The position numbers and the translations under genes are program-made. A stretch of DNA of 64,000 nt from an uncultured Thermotogae bacterium (lineage in GTDB: Bacteria > Thermotogota > Thermotogae > MWEM01), in assembly GCA_963667315.1 (NCBI GenBank), contig OY763325.1:1755271-1819270 (forward strand). Direction: 5' to 3'. This document shows positions 40,428-49,180 of this stretch, piece by piece (position 1 is the stretch's first letter; each line of letters starts with the position of its first letter). The notes below the pieces were generated by a model. That model was not told the origin of the DNA. It was given only the letters and a program-made list of their open reading frames with translations, and made no database searches.

Positions 40428-40958
40428 ATGATCAGTGCTGCCGCTTATGCGCAAAATATACCTCTTAAGGCAACGCCGGCGGATAAAAAGATACAATCCG
40501 GCAGGTTAAATGATCTGTTGCGAAAGATCAACAAATCTGAAAATAAAGCCGAGCTGCTAATGAAATATCAGTATTTGACCGAATTGATTCGCGGAAGTAA
40601 AAGTTCCGAGATCGGTCATTTTATCGATAAACTCGCCTCCGAACTTTCAGTTGATGAAAAGAAATTCAAAAAACTGCAAACACAATTAAAAAACGAAAAT
40701 AGATTTGTCAACAGCAAACAGTTCAAGAAACTCTTCCCGAGGGGTGGTGTTCTTTTCGAATTCAGCAATTACGGTGTTGCCGCACGAGAAGAACTTCGTG
40801 AGATCGTTGCGGGAACTGCAAAGGACACAACGAGTGATTTTTTCCCAATCAACACCTATTTCAAGAAAAGTGTTTCTTTAAACGGTCTCTATGTTGAAAC
40901 CTATGATTCATCGACTTTTGACGGACTCAAAGGCCAGGCTTTTGATTATTATTTTTGA
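40428..40958 (+). CDS. Hypothetical protein
   Basis: 176-aa ORF, GGAGG SD, upstream TGGTATAAT at 40288-40296. Confidence 0.7.
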   Translation: MISAAAYAQNIPLKATPADKKIQSGRLNDLLRKINKSENKAELLMKYQYLTELIRGSKSSEIGHFIDKLASELSVDEKKFKKLQTQLKNENRFVNSKQFKKLFPRGGVLFEFSNYGVAAREELREIVAGTAKDTTSDFFPINTYFKKSVSLNGLYVETYDSSTFDGLKGQAFDYYF

Positions 40959-41028
40959 TTCTTTTAGTTTTAACCGAATGTTAATTTTCTAAATTAAACG
41001 ACAATAAACAACAAAATAAGAAGAAAAC

Positions 41029-41166
41029 AGTCTCCTCTCTGGAGGGGTTTCAGTTTCGGCTGAAGGGATGGGTTTTTAAGATAATGAAGATCAGCAGCTT
41101 GTTTGTGATCGTATCTGGATCTATCTTATCCCTATTAGGGAACCCTATCCAGGGAGGAGACTTTTT
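41029..41166 (+). ncRNA. Candidate structured RNA (rod-shaped, 6S-like architecture)
   Basis: 15-bp end-to-end stem plus several inner stems; wobble pairs read as G:U only on the + strand; T-run after. Confidence 0.45.
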
Positions 41167-41434
41167 GATGGGGTTCTGAATAATATTTCATACAATATTG
41201 CCTCTTGTTATGGTATATTTAAGTGTGCAGATTTTTTTCAATATAAAAATTAAAAGCACCTTGTTTTTATTAAACTTAATAAAAAGCAGTGATCAGCAAA
41301 GAGCATTTGATCATGCACCTTACAGACTTTAATGATTTAAACTGACCATTTTTAAACAGATTCCATCTGTTTAAAGGATAGGCTAAGAGTTAAACGGAAA
41401 ATGATTCGACTCTATAAATTAAAGGAATGATATT

Positions 41435-42364
41435 TTGAGAAAAGAAATAAAAGTAACGGAAGACAATTATTTTAACAGGCTGGATAAATTTCTCCGAAAG
41501 ACCTTCAGCGAGATAAAGATGGCTTCACTCTATAAGATACTGAGAAAGGGTGATGTCAAAGTTAACGGAAAACGTGTTAAAAACCCCGAGCATCCGTTGA
41601 CAACAGATGATATCGTTTCCGTCTGGATTCCGGAAGATCAGGAGAAACAAAAACACATCGAAAGAAGTGTTGAAGGGACGCGTGAACTGAAACCGGTTGA
41701 GATGGATATCAAAGTCATCTACGAGGATACTCATCTCATGGCAATCAACAAGGATGCCGGTATATCCGTTCATCCGGGAAGTGGAGAAGAAAATCGTCCC
41801 ACGCTGATTGAAGGTCTCATGTTCTACGGTGAACAAAGGGGATTTGAGCCTTTTCTGGTGCACAGACTGGACAAAAATACGTCAGGTGTATTGATAATCG
41901 CAAAGAAAAGAATGTTAGCAAGAAGATTATCTCAACTCATCTCTGAAAGAGAGATTCATAAGGAATATATCACTTTATTTTCGGGAAGGGAAGCAGTGGA
42001 TTTTGTGGTCGATTCCCCCATTGATGACAAGGCTGCTTTAAGCAGATTCTACCCTGAAAGCACTTTCACAGCAAATATCAAGGGGTTCTATCACGATTTC
42101 ACACTGGCGAAAGCCGTTATCGAAACGGGCAGAAAACATCAGATCAGAAGACATCTCGCCGATAGAAATGAACCGGTAGCAGGTGATACAAAATACGGGG
42201 ACAGGATGCTGAATCGGCAACTCGGCAAGATGGGGCTGAAAAGACAATTCCTTCATTGCTTGAAGATGTCCTTTTACGACCCGGAATTAAAAAGGCAGTA
42301 TGATTTTGTGGCAGAGATGAAGGATGATTTATTCAATTTTTTACATCGATTACAGGAGGCATAA
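41435..42364 (+). CDS. RluA/RluC/RluD family pseudouridine synthase with S4 domain
   Basis: RLDKFL, NKDAG..VHP, HRLDKNTSG, TGRKHQIR, GD.KYG. Confidence 0.93.
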   Translation: MRKEIKVTEDNYFNRLDKFLRKTFSEIKMASLYKILRKGDVKVNGKRVKNPEHPLTTDDIVSVWIPEDQEKQKHIERSVEGTRELKPVEMDIKVIYEDTHLMAINKDAGISVHPGSGEENRPTLIEGLMFYGEQRGFEPFLVHRLDKNTSGVLIIAKKRMLARRLSQLISEREIHKEYITLFSGREAVDFVVDSPIDDKAALSRFYPESTFTANIKGFYHDFTLAKAVIETGRKHQIRRHLADRNEPVAGDTKYGDRMLNRQLGKMGLKRQFLHCLKMSFYDPELKRQYDFVAEMKDDLFNFLHRLQEA

Positions 42365-42365
42365 A

Positions 42366-42878
42366 ATGGCTTTGGATACACAGCTTTATTACTCAAAACT
42401 TGGATACATGTATGAAAGACTTGTCAGCGGAAAGGTTCTGTTAAGTGCGGATGATATTGAAAGGGGAACTTCCGGCATGACGATCGCATGGGGATTTTTC
42501 GGAAATATGTGGAATCAGCCTTTTTTCATCGCCGCTGTCAGACCACAGCGTTATACGCTCAACGCATTAAAGGGTTCCGAAAGGTTCAGTGTTAATTTCT
42601 TCACAGACGATTACAAGGATGAGCTGGTTTATTTCGGAACGGTCAGCGGTTATGATGAAAACAAGTTCAAGACGGAAAAACTTCATGCGGGAGATAAAAC
42701 AGGTGGTTACGCACCGGTGGAGGAAGCTTCCATCATCCTGAACTGCTCAATCGTCACCAACAATCAGATTGAACCGTACAACCTGGATCATGATTATGTG
42801 GAGAAGTTCTACAAAGGGGACAACGGCTATCATGTCATGCTTTACGGCAGAATAGATGACATAATCGTCAAGAAGTGA
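42366..42878 (+). CDS. Flavin reductase-like (flavoredoxin) protein
   Basis: MTIAWG.FG..W, VRPQRYT, FSVNF, GTVSG.D.NK, YH..YG.I; AGGAGG SD. Confidence 0.85.
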   Translation: MALDTQLYYSKLGYMYERLVSGKVLLSADDIERGTSGMTIAWGFFGNMWNQPFFIAAVRPQRYTLNALKGSERFSVNFFTDDYKDELVYFGTVSGYDENKFKTEKLHAGDKTGGYAPVEEASIILNCSIVTNNQIEPYNLDHDYVEKFYKGDNGYHVMLYGRIDDIIVKK

Positions 42879-42908
42879 TAGCATTATTTTCAGATAAGAG
42901 AGGTTGAC

Positions 42909-43472
42909 ATGTTCTTTAACAAAACGGACGCAATCATCATTCGAGAAGCCACGGAAAAAGACGCAGCAGCGGTCGTCAGATATCTGAAGGAAAATCAGGA
43001 TGAATTCAAGTATATGATCTCAAGAACGTGTGAGATGGATTTAAGTGTTGATTTCGAAAGAGATATGATCAGGCGACATACGTTGCGCGATAACTGTATA
43101 TTCTTTGTAGCGGTAGAAGGAAAAAAAGTGGTTGGCATGTTGAATTTTGTTGCGGGAAACAGACTAAGAAATGCGCATGACGGGGAATTTGGTATCTCCG
43201 TCGATAAGAATTACTTCGGAATCGGAATCGGAAAAGCACTCGTTCAGGCTTTAATTGACTGGGCAACGGATAATGACATGATCAAACGATTGACACTTTT
43301 TGTCATGAACGACAACGAGATCGCTATCAGGCTGTATCAGAAATTCGGCTTCAGGATTGAAGGGGTCCGAAGAAAGGCTGTCCGGTTTGAGGACGGCAGG
43401 ATACAGGATTTAATCATGATGGGAAAGATGAAAAAGGAAGGATCAAATGAATGGATAGAAGACACGGAATAG
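42909..43472 (+). CDS. GNAT acetyltransferase
   Basis: FGISV...GIGIGK.L, N..AI.LY.KFGF..EG. Confidence 0.9.
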   Translation: MFFNKTDAIIIREATEKDAAAVVRYLKENQDEFKYMISRTCEMDLSVDFERDMIRRHTLRDNCIFFVAVEGKKVVGMLNFVAGNRLRNAHDGEFGISVDKNYFGIGIGKALVQALIDWATDNDMIKRLTLFVMNDNEIAIRLYQKFGFRIEGVRRKAVRFEDGRIQDLIMMGKMKKEGSNEWIEDTE

Positions 43473-44335
43473 TGATCAGGTTTCACTCGAATATGCTGGA
43501 TGTTGTTGATACACAGACAAGAAAGAAATACATGTGTACCCTGCGGGGTAAGTTTAAAAAGCAGCGTATACGACCACTTGTGGGAGATCTTGTCGAATAT
43601 ATCGGATTCCCCGATATGAAGGGGAGAATAGAGAATATTCTTCCACGAAAAAACGAACTGGCACGTCCGCATATCGCCAACATTGACCAGGTCATTCTGG
43701 TTTTAACGGTATCACAACCCCCTCTTTCTCTTCTGACCCTTGACAAATTTCTCATTATGGCTGAAAGCCAGGAGATAGAAAGCATCCTGGTCTTTAACAA
43801 GGCGGATCTGATGACGCATCATGAAAGAGAGGAAATGGCTGAAATCGTTGACTATTATTCCAGATTCTATACGGTCCTGGAAACGAGTGCGAAAACCGGA
43901 AAAGGGATAGAAACACTCAAAACCATCTTCAGCGGAAAGATAACGACGATGGCGGGGATGTCGGGTGTTGGAAAAAGCAGTTTGCTCAACGCCGTTGAAC
44001 CCGGCTTGAGTCTGAGAGAAGGGGTTCTTTCAGAACAACTGGACAGGGGAAAACATACCACAACGTATTCCGAGTTACTTTCCATCGGTAACAACGGATT
44101 GATTGCAGACACTCCCGGTTTCGCCTTTCTTGATATGAAGCGTTTTAACAAAGATCATATCAAATTCCTGATGCCGGACATCATTAATCATTCAAGATAT
44201 TGTGCATTCGACGACTGTTCACATATCAGCGAACCGGATTGCGGCGTTCTTGAAGCACTGGAAAACGGAGATATTCTGGATACAAGATACAACAGTTATG
44301 TGCAGATATTTGAGGAGATAGAAAACAGTAAATAG
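43451..44335 (+). CDS. rsgA: Ribosome small subunit-dependent GTPase A
   Basis: NKAD, GMSGVGKSS, GKHTTT, DTPGF, C.F.DC.H..EP.C. Confidence 0.96.
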   Translation: MDRRHGIVIRFHSNMLDVVDTQTRKKYMCTLRGKFKKQRIRPLVGDLVEYIGFPDMKGRIENILPRKNELARPHIANIDQVILVLTVSQPPLSLLTLDKFLIMAESQEIESILVFNKADLMTHHEREEMAEIVDYYSRFYTVLETSAKTGKGIETLKTIFSGKITTMAGMSGVGKSSLLNAVEPGLSLREGVLSEQLDRGKHTTTYSELLSIGNNGLIADTPGFAFLDMKRFNKDHIKFLMPDIINHSRYCAFDDCSHISEPDCGVLEALENGDILDTRYNSYVQIFEEIENSK

Positions 44336-44365
44336 GATTTCCAAAAATAAAAAGGAGTGATTCTT

Positions 44366-44755
44366 ATGAAAAAAGCATTTCTCAGTATTGGTATCGTCTG
44401 TCTGATCGTTTTTCTCTCTGTCAGTTTCACAGCGGCAACGTGTACAGTGGCCCCCGGTCCTGTAGTGACTTATTACACGCAGTTTCTCAACAACAACTCA
44501 GGTGTCCCGGTCTACATTGAAGTCGATATGGATATGATCTTTGGCGGACTCGTCAGAACATCGTCAATTATCTATTCCGGACAACAGGGGAGTGTAGCGG
44601 CCGAAAATGGATATTATATCAGAGTCAGAAACGCAAATACAGGTCAGTACCTGACCTTTAATCCGCCAAACACTGGCGATGCAACATATTACTGGATAAA
44701 CACCAGCAACACATTTACAATTTCAGGCGGAGGATGGGTTTCACCTGCCAGATAA
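44366..44755 (+). CDS. Small putative lipoprotein 1 (beta-rich)
   Basis: AGGAG SD; signal peptide ending FTAATC. Confidence 0.7.
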   Translation: MKKAFLSIGIVCLIVFLSVSFTAATCTVAPGPVVTYYTQFLNNNSGVPVYIEVDMDMIFGGLVRTSSIIYSGQQGSVAAENGYYIRVRNANTGQYLTFNPPNTGDATYYWINTSNTFTISGGGWVSPAR

Positions 44756-44776
44756 AAATCAGAAAGAGGTTATTAC

Positions 44777-45148
44777 ATGAACAGGAAAGCATTCAGAATA
44801 CTGACTTTATGTGGATTCCTGTTTATTATCATCGTATTTTCAGCAAACACATGTGTCCTGGTTCAAAATGAGGAAAATAACAAGTATAGTCTCAATGTAC
44901 GCAACGATTCAAGTTTCCCGATAAAGATGATAGTATGGGGAGTTAAACAGGAAGCTCTTGAAAACGGTGGTTCAACATTGTATTACGTATCAGCCGGCTC
45001 TGCGATTGATGCTGTTTATCAATCTTCACCGGAGATGTGGGTTGATATAAGAGGGACGGACAAATTCCCCTTTATCATGCCATCATCCGGGTTAAATGTT
45101 ATGATTACAAACTCGGATATCGGTATCTCAATATCGTCAGAAAAATAA
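44777..45148 (+). CDS. Small putative lipoprotein 2 (beta-rich)
   Basis: GAGG SD; signal peptide ending FSANTC. Confidence 0.7.
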   Translation: MNRKAFRILTLCGFLFIIIVFSANTCVLVQNEENNKYSLNVRNDSSFPIKMIVWGVKQEALENGGSTLYYVSAGSAIDAVYQSSPEMWVDIRGTDKFPFIMPSSGLNVMITNSDIGISISSEK

Positions 45149-45180
45149 TATTCCGATAGATCGGAAAAAGAGGTGACAAT

Positions 45181-45792
45181 ATGAAGAAAATAGTGATTAC
45201 AGTTCTGATCCTGCTGATCGTTACGCTGGGATTCTCTATCCGACTCGGTGTTCAGCTTCAGAACTTCAACGGTTATTACAACGGTATGTATTTTAACGGT
45301 GTACGTGTAACGGCAACGGCTCCGGGATATCCTGCTTACGGCTACCTTCAGCCCGGTGATATCATAACGGAAGCCATCATGCTGCCAAACAGTCAGATCT
45401 GGGGAAATCCGGGGATGCCAAACGGTGGTGCATTGATTTCATTCAACCCGTATTATCCGCTCAATCAGCAACTCATGCAACTGGCTCAGTACAATTATCA
45501 GTATAATTACACACAAACGACGAGTTATACGGCGATGGTTAACTTTATCAATTCCGCACCATATTATTCAAACATCATCATGAGGATTTACAGACCCTCA
45601 TGGAACAGCTGGACACTCGCTTCAGTGGTCCTCGATTCAAACGGTCAGGGAAGCGTCTGGATGATGCCGATGCCTCAACAGCAGCCACAGGTTCAAGTCA
45701 ATCCGACTCAACCGCAAGTCCAGGTAAATCCGAATAATCCAACCGTGCAGATTGATCCGAATTTCCAGATCCGAATCTGGCTTCATTTTTAA
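45181..45792 (+). CDS. Secreted stand-alone PDZ-like protein with Q/P/V-repeat tail
   Basis: Signal peptide; RLGVQ, GVRVT..APG.PA..LQPGDII, I.MRIYR; tail QPQVQVNP x2. Confidence 0.7.
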   Translation: MKKIVITVLILLIVTLGFSIRLGVQLQNFNGYYNGMYFNGVRVTATAPGYPAYGYLQPGDIITEAIMLPNSQIWGNPGMPNGGALISFNPYYPLNQQLMQLAQYNYQYNYTQTTSYTAMVNFINSAPYYSNIIMRIYRPSWNSWTLASVVLDSNGQGSVWMMPMPQQQPQVQVNPTQPQVQVNPNNPTVQIDPNFQIRIWLHF

Positions 45793-45807
45793 AAGCTGAA
45801 AGCAACT

Positions 45808-45835
45808 AAAAGGCGGATTTTTATCCGCCTTTTTT
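45808..45835 (+). terminator. Intrinsic terminator
   Basis: AAAAGGCGGAT-TTTT-ATCCGCCTTTTTT. Confidence 0.85.
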
Positions 45836-45911
45836 GATTGACATACAACATTATTCTTTGATGGCCGTATTATATTTTGGAGAAAATTATCTTATCAAAG
45901 GAGTGATGACC

Positions 45912-46268
45912 ATGACAAAAACACGATTTTCGATAGCCGTTATCCTGCTGACGGGACTGCTCATCCTGAGTTTTTCCGCTTGTTCAATCACGATAGCGCC
46001 ATTATCCTACACCGTAAACGTCACAAACGCATCTGCGGTTCAGATTCGACTTGAGGTTTATCCGGACACGACGACCAACAATCTCATTTCCTCCGTCGTC
46101 GTCGACAGCTTAAATCCGGGAGCAATTGAAGTCCCCCCAAATTATTATCTGAGGATCAGAAACTTGACCAACGACGTCTTTGCACAATTTCCGGGACCGC
46201 TTGAGTACTGGCAGATCACACAGGCAATCGCCTGCACCGTAAATGTTTTGGGCTTCGTCAGCTTTTAA
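45912..46268 (+). CDS. Small putative lipoprotein 3 (beta-rich)
   Basis: GGAG SD; lipobox FSAC; own TTGACA promoter near 45838. Confidence 0.7.
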   Translation: MTKTRFSIAVILLTGLLILSFSACSITIAPLSYTVNVTNASAVQIRLEVYPDTTTNNLISSVVVDSLNPGAIEVPPNYYLRIRNLTNDVFAQFPGPLEYWQITQAIACTVNVLGFVSF

Positions 46269-46298
46269 AACCAAATGAAAGTATTTTTAGGAGGTAAC

Positions 46299-46844
46299 AT
46301 GTTTCTTGAGACAGAACGATTAATCATCAGACGCTTCAGAAAAGAGGACTGGCAAGACTTGTACGACTATCTCTCAAGACCGGAGGTGGTCCGATTTGAA
46401 CCTTATGATGTCTGTACTGAAAGAGATGCAAGAGAAATTGCCGTTGAACGATCAAAAAATGACAGTTTTTATGCCGTAGCGTTGAAAAATGAGGGGAAAG
46501 TCATCGGAAACCTTTATTTTGAACAGATCGAAATGAAGGCTTTTAACACGTGGGAACTGGGTTATGTTTTTCATTCCGGTTATCACGGAAACGGCTATGC
46601 AACGGAAAGTTGTCTGAAATTGCTGGATTTTGCATTTTCATCTCTTGATGTTCGGCGCGTCATCGCCATGTGCAATATTAAAAATGTGCCCTCCTGGAAA
46701 TTACTCGAAAGATTAAAGCTGCGCCGGGAAGGGTATTTTCTGCAAAAGGCTTTTTTCAAGCGGGATAAAGAGGGAAATCCCATATGGAACGATGTTTATG
46801 CATATGCTATACTAAAAACAGAATGGGGTTCAATCGACGACTGA
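46299..46844 (+). CDS. RimJ/RimL-type GNAT acetyltransferase
   Basis: LETERLIIR, ELGY....YHGNGYATE, N..SWKLLERL..RREG. Confidence 0.9.
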   Translation: MFLETERLIIRRFRKEDWQDLYDYLSRPEVVRFEPYDVCTERDAREIAVERSKNDSFYAVALKNEGKVIGNLYFEQIEMKAFNTWELGYVFHSGYHGNGYATESCLKLLDFAFSSLDVRRVIAMCNIKNVPSWKLLERLKLRREGYFLQKAFFKRDKEGNPIWNDVYAYAILKTEWGSIDD

Positions 46845-46947
46845 ACTGCCGATTTGTAACCGCAAACAAGATAAAGAATTGACGTTACTTAATATTCTCA
46901 TGGTAGAATATAATAGGAATTTTTTCGAATAGTATAAGGGGTGTACG

Positions 46948-48171
46948 ATGAAGATCGGTGAATTTGCAAAAAAGTTTGATGCCAGGATTGATACCATCCG
47001 ATATTATATAGATAACGGGATGATATTACCTGAAAAACTTCATAGTCAATACAGGTTTGATGATAAATGTGTTGAAGATATGACACTTATCAAAGAATTG
47101 AAAAGTATGAAGTTCAAGATAACGGAAATCAAGAAGATTCTTTCCTTTAAAAGACTCACGAATCTCATAGATAAAGATAACCTGGAATATTATGCCCAGT
47201 TTTTTACGGAAAAACTGGACGACTTAAAAAAAGAGGAAAAGGCGATAAAAGAATCAATTAAAACGATTGAAGTCAAGATCAACGAGATCGAAAATGCCAA
47301 GAAAACACTGAAGACCAAAATCGGTATTCCGCTTCAATTTTTTAACCTGCTTTATTGTCCAAAATGCCAGCATAATCTGAAACTCTACAACGCCATCGTT
47401 GACGGTAATTCTATCTATAATGGTGAATTGCAATGCGATTGCGGTTACAAGGCGATGATTCAGGACGGCATCGTTATCGACAGCGAAATCGGAGAAAGTG
47501 TCAAAAAGGTATTGGAAGTCAACAAATTTTCGCCTGAGGAATACCTTGAACAGACAGACCCCATTTATATCAGCTTCACACATAAATCGTTCCAGTGGGT
47601 CATGAAACGGATGGCACTTGAATCGTTGAACAACAAGATGATCCTGGATGTCGGAACCGGTAACGGGATGGTCATGACAAACGTGATCAAGGAGATTGAC
47701 CGTTCAAACTTCTTCATCGCCACGGACAACAATCTGAATCAGCTGAAAAAGACCAAAGCGTTGATGGAAAAAAACGGAATCGGTCAGAATTCAATCTTCA
47801 TCGCCTCTGAGTTTGAAAATATCCCCTTGAAATGGGAAACCATCGATATCGTGATGGATATCTTCGGGACAACGAATCATGTTTTTCAGGAAAAGGAATT
47901 TTTATTCTCACACATCAAGCCCTATCTCAAACATGATGGCGTTCTTTACGGAACGTATATCTATCTGAAGCCCAGATCTTCGGATATGACACCTGAATTC
48001 AGAGACTTCAGAAAATGGTTTATGCTGGAATCCATAAAGGCTTCTCTAAACGATTTTGAAATAGAAGAATCTTCAACCTTTGGGTTTACACAAAGCAGGG
48101 GAGATCTTGCGGTTGCATTGAAAGAGGGGTCAAGAATCCATCAATGGGCATGTAAAGCAAAAAAGATCTGA
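46948..48171 (+). CDS. MerR-HTH / Zn-ribbon / class I SAM-methyltransferase fusion
   Basis: MKIGEFAK..TIRYY; LYCPKC..LQCDCG..IQDGI; ILDVGTGNG. Confidence 0.8.
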   Translation: MKIGEFAKKFDARIDTIRYYIDNGMILPEKLHSQYRFDDKCVEDMTLIKELKSMKFKITEIKKILSFKRLTNLIDKDNLEYYAQFFTEKLDDLKKEEKAIKESIKTIEVKINEIENAKKTLKTKIGIPLQFFNLLYCPKCQHNLKLYNAIVDGNSIYNGELQCDCGYKAMIQDGIVIDSEIGESVKKVLEVNKFSPEEYLEQTDPIYISFTHKSFQWVMKRMALESLNNKMILDVGTGNGMVMTNVIKEIDRSNFFIATDNNLNQLKKTKALMEKNGIGQNSIFIASEFENIPLKWETIDIVMDIFGTTNHVFQEKEFLFSHIKPYLKHDGVLYGTYIYLKPRSSDMTPEFRDFRKWFMLESIKASLNDFEIEESSTFGFTQSRGDLAVALKEGSRIHQWACKAKKI

Positions 48172-48215
48172 ACGAAATGATTCAGATTTATCGCAATACG
48201 GTTAATGAATAGGAA

Positions 48216-48896
48216 TCAGATTGCGTATCTAACTTCTACTACTTTTCCAAGGAACCGACATTCCTCATCCCACACTTCCGGCTCGATGAATATTGGCTCA
48301 TAAAATTTATTATCGCTTATGAGCCAGACACCTTTATCGGTGAAATAAATTCGTTTCACAAGCGATTCGTCTTTGTTAATAAGTACAAGACCGATGTTAC
48401 CATTTCTGAACTGACTCTGAGACATCTTCTTGATAAATACCGTTGACTTGTCTCTTATGGCAGGTTCCATACTTTCTCCAAATACTTTTACCGCAAAATC
48501 CGCATCTTCGGAAAACACATAATCTTCGGGATTTTCAACCGCAAGCATGGATGATCCCGCACCGGCAATTCCAAGAACCGGAACCGGATTCGACAGTTTG
48601 TCGATGATGTGATCGGGATTCAATCCCTTTTTTCTGAGTGTATCCAGCACCTCATTCAACTCATCCTGCCTCGTCTTGAGATAATCGACTTCATCTTCCT
48701 CGGAAGCACGAAGAAGATATTCAAGTGATACTTCAAAGATATCGGACAATTTTATCAGAATTTTTTTTGACGGTTGCCTGATACCCCTCTCATAGGCTGA
48801 GATAGAAGACATGGTCAGATCAAGAATGTCGGCAAGCTGGCTCTGATTGATCCCCTTTTTCTGTCTTAATTCCTTAATCACCAAACCTATATCCAA
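48216..48896 (-). CDS. XRE-HTH + S24 peptidase (phage CI/LexA-like) repressor
   Basis: IKELRQKKGINQSQLA..ISAYERGIRQP; AG cleavage site (IAGAG), GESMEP (Ser), LVKR (Lys); AGGAGG SD gives TTG start 48896. Confidence 0.9.
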   Translation of the reverse strand: MDIGLVIKELRQKKGINQSQLADILDLTMSSISAYERGIRQPSKKILIKLSDIFEVSLEYLLRASEEDEVDYLKTRQDELNEVLDTLRKKGLNPDHIIDKLSNPVPVLGIAGAGSSMLAVENPEDYVFSEDADFAVKVFGESMEPAIRDKSTVFIKKMSQSQFRNGNIGLVLINKDESLVKRIYFTDKGVWLISDNKFYEPIFIEPEVWDEECRFLGKVVEVRYAI

Positions 48897-48931
48897 AATA
48901 ACGCCCTCCTGTTTTTTAAATAAATCTGCAA

Positions 48932-48959
48932 CACAGTTTATATTATAACATAAACTGTG
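48932..48959. promoter_or_regulatory. Inverted repeat bracketing the repressor -10 (putative operator)
   Basis: CACAGTTTAT-ATTATAAC-ATAAACTGTG; the centre reads TGTTATAAT on the minus strand. Confidence 0.65.
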
Positions 48960-49028
48960 ATTTTTCATACTATTAGTGCGAATTACAACACTTTCTTATG
49001 AATATAGACGAAAATTCACACAAAAAAC

Positions 49029-49057
49029 TTGACAAAATGTATGAATTGGGATATAAT
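49029..49057 (+). promoter_or_regulatory. Perfect-consensus sigma70 promoter divergent from the repressor
   Basis: TTGACA-17nt-TATAAT; -35 bracketed by the IR AATTCACACA (49013-49022) / TGTATGAATT (49038-49047). Confidence 0.85.
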
Positions 49058-49062
49058 ACAAC

Positions 49063-49121
49063 TGAAAACAGAGACATATAATCCCCAATAATTACCCACC
49101 CCCTCCCCGGGGGTTTTTTTT
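49063..49121 (+). ncRNA. Candidate ~58-nt small RNA ending in a C-rich terminator
   Basis: Between the promoter and ACCCCC-TCCCC-GGGGGT plus T-run; no + strand start codon inside. Confidence 0.5.
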
Positions 49122-49180
49122 GGTATAATGGTGTAAATTCGTATTTTTGACTAATTATTTTTTTTAAGAGGAGTGTTTTA

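Noticed and set aside
41084-41110. SRP 4.5S RNA, because of AGCAGC in a rod-like RNA
   Set aside because: The matching CAGG-NNN-GNRA domain IV arm is absent
41286-41375. Fluoride or other riboswitch in the leader of the pseudouridine synthase
   Set aside because: Two hairpins are present (TGATCA..TGATCA and TTTAAACAGAT/ATCTGTTTAAA), but they match no aptamer consensus I know
48973-49077. 34-codon minus-strand ORF (MSLFSVVLYP...) antisense to the candidate sRNA, as a type I toxin
   Set aside because: It runs across consensus promoter and operator elements, has no evident promoter of its own and no clean TM helix
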